Shown piece by piece: positions 23,781-35,700 of a stretch of 64,000 nt of DNA. The translations under genes were made by a program, and so were the position numbers. How positions within the stretch are numbered: the stretch's first letter is position 1; each line of letters starts with the position of its first letter. Below the pieces are notes generated by a model. That model made no database searches. It saw only the letters and a program-made list of their open reading frames with translations, and was not told the DNA's origin. Source of the stretch: Mobula hypostoma (Eukaryota); assembly GCF_963921235.1 (NCBI RefSeq), contig NC_086097.1, positions 37,264,001 to 37,328,000 of the forward strand, in the 5' to 3' direction.

Positions 23781-26700
23781 AATTGTGTTTTCAACAGACA
23801 TTTGATTTACTAAATATTTTTAATAATGTTAACTGAAAAGACGAATCCGTAACATAATAAGAATTTGCTAGAAACATACCAAGGAACAGGAAGCATTCCT
23901 AAAGAATGTTTGTTTACAGGGTAATTTGTGGTCTTCAAATCATGAAAGTCAGTTGAAAGCTTCTGTACGCCCGTAATGACATAGGTTGTTCTATTTATCA
24001 CTGTGCACCCGATGAAGAATAATAGTTCCAAATCTTCATAAAATAACCCGACAAACCAAATATCTGGAAAGCAAATTCAAGCTGAAACATAAATGTAAAT
24101 TTCTGGTCCGACAATGGTGTATGATGCCCTCCGAACAAAACATTGTATCATGATTAACTGTAAAAATAGAAGCAGGCGTTGTTGCTCTTTACCAACTATC
24201 AAATACTTTAACTTTTTGAGACATTTGTTCTTGGTGCATCTCCTAAAATTAATGAAGATCTAGTGGATAATTATCAAAGGTTGAGAACTATTGGTGCAGG
24301 TATTAATTTGCATGGTTTGTTTTAATAGTCTTGTTATTTATTTTTAAAGGGATAAATACAACCATAGGAAGTGCATATCTATTGGTATTAGTTTTAGCTA
24401 CTGTCATATTTTACATACTGGGAAAGTAAACGAGGAATCCAGTTTACCAGGAACATGAATGGTACCTGCTGATTAGCAGGTGGGAAGGAGGGGTCTCTCT
24501 CCTATGGTATAACATGGAAAAAAAATCATCCTGCTGCCCCTTTTGAAGAATGATCCAATCATTCCCATTTCTCTCAGTATTTCCCTGCAGGTTTGTGTAA
24601 CCCCTGGGTACTTAACAATTTCACATGTTAGCAATTTTAGAATGTACCCACCATCCTGTCAGGAAATATATTCTAAATCCTAGCCATTCAAGGCACGAAG
24701 CCTTTTTGTTTATCACCTCAAGTCCTTTTTCCCGGTTACTTGAAATCCAGTTGTCTGTCTTACATACTTTGAAATCAGTCTAAGTGATTGCTAATGGTTG
24801 TCAATGATTCATTATTTTAGACACCCATAAGAACTACAGTGAGCCTTTCTGCTCTATAGTGGAAATATTCACCTTTTCTAGAAAGCTGCATAACCAACGT
24901 TCTTCATGTATTGAGCTCTGCACCATCCTTTTCATACTTCCTGCTGTTTTGTCTATAATCATTCACAATTGTGCAGACGTATTTTCAGAGTAACTTCCTG
25001 GTCATTGTGCTTCGTTGTCTCTGCCTCGTAGCTGGAGCCCGGGGCTTCAGTTTTGACATCCCACTTTCGTAGCTGGAGCCTAAGTGCTAAAGGTTTGCTA
25101 TGTCATCGGAGATATTGCCTGCCTTTTAAACAAACTGAAGCCCCAGCTGCGGCTTAGGTAATGCTAAAGGTGAGAAGTTTAGTTGTCACCAGTGTCGCGC
25201 GCAAACTTTATTCCTTCCTCAACATTTACTCGAAGTTCGATCATTTGGGTTAAGAAACTCCAGGACATTTATGTTGTTATTGTGGGTGTTCATTGCAAGT
25301 AAATTGACTGCAATACACAAACTGTAATGAATCTTAGCATACTGTGAATACTATTGGATAGTTGAAGGCGGTTCCATTGAAAACTACTACCGGTTATGTC
25401 GTGTGCGGTTCACCTCCTGTGTGCTCTGCAGGGCAGCTGGACATCTGACCAACCTCCCACCGCACTGCAGGAGCTCAGGTTGGAGTTGGCCATGGCTTTG
25501 AAATTGAATGTCTCTGAATCACAGAAATAATTAAAAGTTCAAAACCTTTGGTAGTTGTTAAAAGTACATCAGTTCTATAATTGTGTGGGGAGTGAATCTT
25601 TAGGATCTGTCACCTGAGGCCCAGTCACTGCTTACAGCGATTCAACTTTTTGGAATGACTGTAGCCAAATTTCCAGAAGAATGCGCCTGGGAGACTACAA
25701 GAAGTGCAGCTGTGGGAGTCATGGTGGGCTGAGGTTGGGGTACTCTATAATTGGGGCGTTAAGGTAGCATAGCTGCTGGTGCGAAGCTTAAGGCATTGGA
25801 GTTCAATTCTGGTGTCCATCTGTATGGAGTTTGTATACTCTCCCCGGGACGCGTGGGTTTCCTCTGAGTGCTCTGATTTCCTTCCATAGTCCAAAGACGT
25901 ACCAGTTAGTCATTGTAAATTGTCCTGTGATCAGGCTAGTGTTAAATAAGTAGGTTGCTGGGTGATGCAGCTCACTGGGCTGGGAAGACTGTGCTCTACC
26001 TTTAAATAAAATAAAAGTTGTATCACTCACTGAGAATGAATCTAACTACAGCCTCAGTTATTTATACATTCAGAGAAAGCTGGCATTTATCTACTTTCCC
26101 TCAGCCTCAAATGATGGCTTTGCTGATTATTCCAGAAAGCAGTTAAGAGACAACCACTCAGGTGTATCTGCAGTCACATGTAGTTCATACCAGCTTTGCA
26201 TAGCATATTTTCAAGTCCTGAAAGATGTCAGTGAACCAAATAGGTTGTAGTGTCCCAGAGCCTTTCTCCTGGATACAGTTGTTCCAAAAAGTTGTATCAT
26301 TTGTAAGCCATGACTAGGCCTCAGGTGACAGATCCTAAGGACCCACTCCCTATACAATTCAGACACTGATGTACTTTTAACCTCTCACTACCATAAAAGG
26401 CTTTGAACTTCTAAATATTTCTTGAGATTCAGAGATGTTCAAAGTGATCAAAGTAATTTGTGAACATAAATTTATTTTAAATGTCTGTGCAGGTAAATGA
26501 ACTTAATTATAAAACACAAATAAAGAAAGATATACTCCATACCTGGTGTAAAGTTGAGGGGCTGGTTGTGAACTTCCTCAGTTTTATGATCACTATTACA
26601 GATGTCCTTATTCCAGATTTATGAAATAGTGTTAGTTTATATTTGAGCAACCAAGATGGGACTCAAGACTCTTGTAGCTGTATGTTAGTCCAATAACTGA

Positions 26701-29700
26701 ACCACAATGCTTTCATGCCCCAGCACCACCCGTTTTTGTAACTTCTGTATACCTACACACGGCATATATACACCAAAGTATCTGTGTCCTGTGTATTCTT
26801 GTACATTTCTCTGTATCAATTTAAGTAAAGAGTTATTGTCAATCGTATTATCTTTATTATTAGTTGAAACGCATTATTTCCCAAGTCCAGTGTAAACTGA
26901 ATTACGGTTGATTCTTTTCCACCTCTGGAGCCATGTTAGCAGAAAGCAGAAAGTCTTTATCCCATCATTCGGAAGTTGTTGAAGCATTGCTCATAGGATT
27001 TAATAATTAATGCTCTAAATCTCCGGATGACCTAGCCTCTCCTTTAGCCCAGTATGTTGGAAAATCACTTTATGGTAAATTTAAAACAATGTTTATTCTG
27101 ATATTTGTTGAAGTGTACATTTCAAACAGATACCCTCATTATGTGGCGTATGAGATCTTTTTCTATATATAATGTATTTTTAGTGGATTTGAGTGATCCT
27201 CTGTCCTATCTAGTTATTAAAATTAAAGTTCAATTTCATTTTTAGGACCACTTGAAGGTGAAATTGATAATTTATATATTTATTTTGGGATCAGATATTA
27301 TATAAAATGAAGTTGCCACTGTCCAATCCATCTGAAGAAATGAACCTGTCCAACATCCGTATTCATCCACACCCCACAAGCCATGTTCATGCATCACATT
27401 TGCTCACATATTATTGAGCAGAAATTTTAGGTGGTCACTACCAGTTTAGCTTTAGAAGTTCGATGCATGTCATTTGCAAATATGCTATCGTGCTAATGTT
27501 CTGCACTTGTAGGACAAAGGATTAAAATACTATCCAACCCTATTATGCCAAATGAAATATTCTTAAAGAATAGCTTTAAAATATTGTTCTCCTGTAATAA
27601 AGATTAATAACATAGCATGAGTAATTCTCATCTTGTTTTACAGTGAGTCAGATGGTAATCACAGCACTGAGGATGAATCCACCAAGGGTCAAGATGACAT
27701 GTCACCTCGGCCACTATCCAATCCATCTGAAGGAATGAACCAATCCAATATCCATATTCATCCAGAAGGCATGTGCATGCATCACATTGGGGAACTGAAG
27801 CCCTCCCAGAGTTCCTCTGGCATACTACTGAATGGAAACCTAGTAACTTCAAATGGATCTCCCGTTTTTTACAATGGAGGTTCTTTCATTCAAGGACCCA
27901 CTGGCGTCCTTGTAAATGGCCTGTCATTAGGAAATGCCCAAGCAATAAGTTTAAGTCCAGTAGCAACCACTCCAAGTGTGCTGGTTAATAATATTTCAAA
28001 TGGTAAGTGATTAAAAGAATTGCTGTTCTTCAAATAAGATCATTTAAAAACTAGTCAGAAATGGCATCCTGTTCGATTATGACTTTCCAATCCAAATTAA
28101 TGTGTACTCTTCCCAGGCTCTGTTAATGGCACAGAAATTAAAACTGAAAATGTACACATCGTTCCCTCTCAAGAAGAGGCACCTTCGGGTTCTACAGAAG
28201 TGAACCAAGGCCCGACGCAAGTAAGCCAGTACAGCCTTGTGCAGCTCCAGAACTCGGAGAGTAATATCCACTTGGTTAATGGAAATGTTGGGATCCCTTC
28301 ACTGCAGCTGCCTGCTGTCTCTGCTACTTCATCTCAAGGCAAGTTGCACTCGCAGTTCCTTTTCTCTGATCTAGACAATGTCTATATATTTTGAACTCTT
28401 AACTCTTAAAAATGAATAGTTTGATTGCATAATGCTAAATGCAATGTATTGATAAAATTGACATAGCACTTTGTGGAGGTGGCACTATTGAGCTGAAAAG
28501 CATCATGTCTGACAAGTGTAGGCCTTATTCATTCTTTAACAGCTGACCAGCTGCATGCAAACATCATCAGCTTACTTAACTGGATTGGTATTTGGACATG
28601 TATATTGTGGAAAAATCCTTTTGAATCTTTGAGCAACTGTTTTGTAACTTTCACCTACAAAACAAAAATGCATCATGGAATTTAACTTTGCAATATAAAA
28701 TTTCCAACAACAAAAAAAAAAGAAACATATGCCTGACCTGTGCTGGAAATGTGATGAGTGCAGTATTTGCATAGTGAATACCAACTGCTATACAAAAAAA
28801 AATTGGCAGCATTGCTGTTATCCAGTATGGTTCAGTCACTGAACAAGGTCACTGGGTGGAAGTCACAAGGCATTGGCAAAACCTGATTCCCTTTGGAAAA
28901 TTGTCTTTACATCTTGTTCTGTTCTTTACCATTAAACTTCTATTGCTGTGGCTCTTTATGTTTTTAGAGCAGACCAAGTTTCCTTGTCTGACCTTAGATC
29001 AGAATTGAATGCACCAATAACCTTATCAAAGGTATCTGGAATCCTCTCCAGGATCTATCAGAATAAGCCCATTCTGTTCTGCATACTGGTAATGTGTAGA
29101 AAGCAAATACTCACTGCCTATTGGTTTTGTTGCTGATGACAACCTTGATTTTGGTACCTGCTTTCTGATTTATTTTATTAATCAATGAGAAGTAAGTGTC
29201 ATCCATAATTTTTCTTGGAAACGAGCCATGTCATTTACAGGCAGAGCGCTAAAATGAAAGTTAAACAACTGAGCATGCACTGTTCTGTGTCTGTATTTGT
29301 TAAAACTTGGTTCCAGGCACAGAAATCCAATAACATAAGCCAAGTGTCATTTTATGGACTTAGGGGCATGAAGGATTATGTGGAGAAGACAGGAGATTGG
29401 GATTGAGATGGAAATGAATCAGCCATGGGGAAATAACAGAGCAGACTTGATAGGGCAAACGCCTATATCTTATGGTCTTACTTTGTTTAGTTCAACATGA
29501 AGGAATTGTCTTAAGAGAAATATAATCATGTACATTCACAAAACCTGCCTGTTATCAGTTTAAAAATCCAAGAAATATTTAAAAGAGCATTGAATTAAAA
29601 TAATCATATTATTACTGGACATTAGCAACTTTTTCCAATGTGCAGTTGGAACCGCTTTAAATATCTGCCAGATGAATAAGTTCAAATGGATGCCAATCAA

Positions 29701-32700
29701 TTGGAAAGGTGTAGTTGAGGGTAAGATGGACCAAACTCATAACAGTCTAGTATCACTCAAATTATGATAGTCATCTTGACTAACTTGTTAGTCTTCCAGG
29801 TACCAGAATAGATTCCTGCTCTCGGCGTTAATTTTTTTTTTCATTTCTAGCTTGAGCTGTACCAATGGTGTTAGTAATAATTCAAAACAGGACGGATGTT
29901 GCATGAACTGATCCAGCAACTTTTCCAGCCCTTGAGGCATGAATAAGGGAATTTCCCCTCCTATTTGAAATTAACATTCAATTTAAAATTTTACTCCTTT
30001 ATAGCTTTTTATTTCTTTTTGTATTTCTAACCATTCTTCCCAACAAGTAGTTTTATTGATTTTTGAAATCTAAGGATAAGCATCTATTTAAGATGATCAA
30101 TTTTGTTCTTCCTTTCCCCACTCACTTTACAGGTACTTTTTCCACCTCCAAAAGAGGTTCCTAGGAATAGAGGTAAATAGTTCACTGAAAGTGGCATTAC
30201 AGGTAGACAGGTTAGTGAAGGATGTGATAGGTGCACTGGCCTTCGTCGCTCAGAGAAGTGAGTATAGGAGTTGGGTCATCGCATTGCAATTGCACAAGCC
30301 ATTGGTGAGGCTGTGCTTTGAGTGCTGTGTACAGTTTTGTGGTCACCCTGTAATAGGAAAGATGACTGTTGTCTCTCCTCTCATTGTGGAAGGAGTGGCA
30401 TCTGTCTTTCCTTTATTAGAGGGAGAGAGCGAGCCAGTGGGATGTTGAAATATTGGAGTGAACAATTAGTTTTTGATTGACTGTAGACCATGGTCTCTCT
30501 TTGGAGTCTTTGCTTTTGCTTGGGTGGTGTGAATGCTGATGTTTATACTGGAATAAGTGGGGGGTGTGGTTGATGCTGCTTGTGCATGGGAGGGAGGAGG
30601 GAGGGCTTTGGGGGCCTTACTTTTTTTCTGTCATTCACTCTTGGAGTTTTTCTTCTGTTTCGAGGATGTCTGTGAAGAGTAAGAATTTCGGGTTGTATAT
30701 TGTATACATTCTCTGATGTTAAATGGAACCATTGAAAGAGTGCAAATAATATAATGAGAATATTCTCAGGAGTCTGAGTTGCAAGGAGAGGTTAGGCAAG
30801 CGAGGGCTTTATTCCTTTGAATGTAAGAGAAAGAGGGGCAACCTTAAAGAATATATTTATGAGGGGCATAGACTGAGTGTGTGCACATAGTCTTCCCAGG
30901 GAAAGGGAATTAAAAATTAGAGGACGTAAGTATAATGTGAGATGGGAAAGAATTAAAAGAAACCTGAAGGGCAACTTCCTCACGAAGAAGATGGTGCACA
31001 TATGGAACTAACTGCTAAGGAAAGTTGTTGAGACAGGTCCAATAGCAACATGTAAAAGGCATTTGGACGAGTATATGGATAAGAATGGTTTAGAGCAGGG
31101 GTTCCCATCCTGGTATCTGTGGATCCGTCAGTTAATGGTAGGGGTCCATGACGTAAAAAAGGTTGGTAACCCTGATACAGGCTAAATGGTGGCAAATTGG
31201 ACCAGCTTTGCTGGGTATCTTGGTTGGCATGGACAAGTTGGGCGTTTGGGTCTGTTTCCATGCTGTATAATTCCAGAAAGATGGGCTTTATTTGTCACAG
31301 GTACATCGAATCACACAGTGAAATGTGTGTGATCAAATCAAATTAGAGCAGATTGTGCTCAGGGCAGCCTGCAACTTACTAACCCTAACCGAACACCTTT
31401 GCAATGTGGGAGGAAACTGGAGCACCCAGAGGAAACCCGCGCGGTCACGGTGAGAATCTATAAATGCCTTACAGGCAGCGGCAGGAATTAGACCATAAGA
31501 CCATAAGACAAAGGAGCAGAAGTAGGCCATTCGGCCCATTGAGTCTGCTCCGCCATTTTATCATGAGCTCATCCATTTTATCCTATTTAGTCTCACTGCC
31601 CCGCCTTCTCACCATAACCTTTGATGCCCTGGCTACTCAGATACCTATCAATCTCTGCTTTAAATACACCCAATGACTTGGCCTCCACTGCTGCCCATGG
31701 CAACAAATTCCATAGATTCATCACCTTCTGACTAAAAAAATTTTTTCGCATTTCTGTTCTGAAGGGGCGCCCTTCAATCCTGAAGTCATACCCTCTCGTA
31801 CTAGACTCCCCCATCATGGGAAACAACTTTGCCACATCCACTCTGTCCGTGCCTTTTAACATTCGAAATGTTTCTATGAGGTCTCCCCTCATTCTTCTAA
31901 ACTCCAAGGAATACAGTCCAAGAGCGGACAAATGTTCCTCATATGTTAACCCTCTCATTCCCGGAATCATTCTAGTGAATCTTCTCTGTACCCTGTCTAA
32001 CGTCAGCACATCCTTTCTTAAATAAGGAGACCAGAACTGCCCACAGTACTCCAAGTGAGGTCTCACCAGCGCCTTATAGAGCCTCAACATCACATCCCTG
32101 CTCCTATACTCATTCCTCTAGAAATGAATGCCAACATTGCATTCCCCTTCTTCACTACCGATTCAACCTGGAGGTTAACTTTAAGGGAATCCTGTACGAG
32201 GACTCCCAAGTCCCGTTGCATCTCAGAACTTTGAATTCTTTCCCCATTTAAATAATAGTCTGCCAAAGTGCATAACCATACACTTTCCAACATTGTACTT
32301 CATTTGCCACTTCTCTGCCCATTCTTCCAATCTATCCAAATCTCTCTGCAGACTCTCCGTTTCCTCAGCACTACTGGCCCCTCCACCTATCTTCGTATCG
32401 TCAGCAAACTTAGCCACAAAGCCATCTGTTCCATAATCCAAATCGTTGATGTGCAATGTAAAAAGAAGCGGCCCCAACACTGATCCCTGTGGAACACCAC
32501 TGGTAACCGGCAGCCAACCAGAATAGGATCCCTTTATTCCCACTCTCTGTTTCCTGCCAATCAGCCAACGCTCTATCCACGTATGTAACTTTCCTGTAAT
32601 TCCATGGGCTCTTATCTTGTTAAGCAGCCTCATGTGTGGCACCTTGTCAAAGGCCTTCTGAAAATCCAAATATACAACATCCACTGCATCTCCCTTGTCT

Positions 32701-35700
32701 AGCCTACTGGTAATTTCCTCAAAAAATTGTAATAGGTTTGTCAGGCAGGATTTTCCTTTAAGGAATCCATACTGAGTTCTGCCTATCTTGTCATATGCCT
32801 CCAGGTACTCTGTAACCTCATCCTTGACAATCGACTCCAACAACTTCCCAACCACCGACGTCAAGCTAACAGGTCTATAATTTCCTTTTTGCTTCCTTGC
32901 CCCCTTCTTAAATAGCGGAGTGACATTTGCAATCTTTCAGTCTTCCAGAACCATGCCAAAATCTATCGACTTTTGAAAGATCATCGTTAATGCCTCCGCA
33001 ATCTCCACAGCTACTTCCTTCAGAACACGAGGGTGCATTCCATCTTGTCCAGGAGATTTATCGACCTTTAGCCTATTCAGCTTCCTGAGTACTTTCTCTG
33101 TCGTAATTGTGACTGCGCACACTTCTCTTCCCTGCCACCCTTGAGTGTCCGGTATCCTGCTGTCTTCCTCAGTGAAGACTGATGTAAAATACTTGTTCAG
33201 TTCCTCTGCCATCTCCTCATCTCCCATTACAATTTCTCCAGTATCATTTTCTATCGGTCCTATATCTACTCTCACCTGTCTTTTACTCTTTATATACTTG
33301 AAAAAGCTTTTAGTATCCTCTTTGATATTATTTGCTAGTTTCCTTTCATAGTTAATCTTTTCTCTCTTAATGACCTTCTTGGTTTCCTTTTGTAAGGTTT
33401 TAAAGACTTCCCAATCCTCTGTCTTCCCACTAATTTTTGCTTCCTTGTATGCCCTCTCCTTAGCTTTAACTTTGGCTTTGACTTCTCTTGTCAACCACGG
33501 TTGCATCCTTTTTACACTCGAAAATTTCTTCTTTTTTGGAATATACCTGTCTTGCACATTCCTCATTTCTCGCATAAACTCCAGCCACTGCTGCTCTGCC
33601 GTCTTTCCCGCCAGTGTCTCTTTCCAGTCAACTTTGGCCAGTTCCTCTCTCATGCCACTGTAGTTTCCTTTACTCCACTGAAACACCGACACATCAGATT
33701 TTGGCTTCTCTTTTTCTAATTTCACAGTGAACTCAATCATGTTATGATCACTGCCTCCTAAGAATTGATCCCCACTTGGTGATCGCTGGTGCTGTAAAGC
33801 AATTATGCTAACCATTGTACTACCGTGCCACCCTTCAGTGACTTGAGCATTACAGGAAAATACTGTTTTCTATTTAACATGTCTATGAGTTGGATGAAGA
33901 CTATTTAGCAGTCTTCTCAAGGGACGTTAGGTCTTTACAAAAGATTCTGTTGTCACCCTCCTTCCTTCTGTCCTATCTCTCCTAGTTCCCTTTTCCTTGA
34001 TGTACGATCTTGTCCTCTGTCTTAACTTTACAATAATCCTGTTTGCTTTCCAGCATAAAATGCCCTATTTCCACTCTCCTCATATATTTGAAGGCATCAT
34101 CCAGATAATTTGTCATCTCCAGGCTCAACCATTAAAATGTTTCTGCTTTGTCTCCAGTTCTCTGCAAACTGCAGCTCCTCTAAAGAATAACTTGTCTTTA
34201 TCAAACATACATTCAGTTGCATTCGCTGTCAAACACTTCTTCATTGGCATTATTCCCAATGTCCTAGTTTTGCAAAATATACACGTTTTAGAAATATGCT
34301 TAGATTCATTTATCACAGACGTGATTTGACTTGCCTTGCTCACCAGACCAGGACTATTCAGTACTATCTATACCCTAGCATCCCTCTTCCTCTAACCCCA
34401 CCCTCTCACCACCCCACACTCAGGACATGTGTGTTGAAGTCATTAATTTATAAGATGAAGACCATTTATTCAGTTGGTATTGCCCAGTTCAACCTTGTTT
34501 CTGCATTACCACCAGACCAATTTCTTCTCCATCTCCCTTCGAGCCTCTACTATGAGCCTCTGTCCATTGCAAACCTGTGGCACACCTGTGTCCATCCCAA
34601 TCATATATCACTGAACTGTTCATTATTCAATTTCTCTTCCTGGCCTCTGGGCCTGCCAATATTTTGAATGATTCTCTCAGATCTCTTTTTCCAAATCTAC
34701 CAGCATCATCATCCTCAAAGAAAGGAACTGACTCCTCCTCCTTCTGGTTTCACCTATCAACTTGTGTTGCTCTCTCCCCGCCTCAACTTTTCTTCTCCAG
34801 TCCTGCCGAAGACTCTCGGCTCGAAATGTCGACTGAACTCTTTTCCATAGATGCTGCCTGGTCTGCTGAGTTCCTCCAGCATTTTGTGTGTGTTGCTCGG
34901 ATTTCCAGCATCTGCAGATTTCCTCTTGTTTGTGACTCCTCCGTCCTTGGAGGTTGGGTGTGGTGGTAGTGTTGGTGGCAGGTGGAGTGCAGTATGTCCT
35001 GTATGTCAATGTCGTTAGTTGTTCAAGTTCTCATCTCACAAATCTCTACTAGTGTTTCCCCCAGCACCATCGTTCAATCACTCAATTTTGGTTTAGTCAG
35101 ACTCTGAAACAAATGTAAATTTAATAACAAAGTACAATCTGTGTGGTGAACTATTCTTCTTTGCATTTCTTGAGACCTTGCAGTTGCTGAAAATCCAGAG
35201 TGACGCACACACAATGCTGGAGGAACTCGACAGTGTACCAGCATCTAAGAAGAGGAATAAACAGTTGACATTTATCTCAATGAAACGTCAACTGTTTATT
35301 CTTCTCCATAGATGTTGCATGACCTGCTGAATTCCTCCAGCATTTTGTGTGTATTACTTTGGATTTTTTGATCTGTCTCATACCTTTGACATGACCATCT
35401 GCTTCAATCTGAAATTTATTCTGATTCCACTCTTACCTTTTTAGTGATTCCATGAACCCCCCCCGCATTGTCATAGTTGCTGCTTCTGAAGTCTCCTAGC
35501 AATTAGACTACACTTGCTTACCTTCTCCCATGCGAGCTCTTGCATTCTTTCTCTGAAGCTCTACACACAATCCACCCCACCACCAGCTGTATTAATTTTT
35601 CTGGTATTTGTCTTGTGAATCCACTTAATCAGTGTCTATTTATGGATTCCCTGTAGCTTCACCCAAGTAAATCTTCACCTATGTAAGTAGTGCAGAAGGA

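Noticed and set aside
25026..25080. 14-bp direct repeat TCGTAGCTGGAGCC separated by 27 nt (superficially CRISPR-like)
   Set aside because: Only two copies, vertebrate context and no cas genes. Likely a local microduplication.
31490..33761. Potentially active CR1
   Set aside because: 5'-truncated (no ORF1, almost no endonuclease), and ORF2 is broken by several frameshifts.
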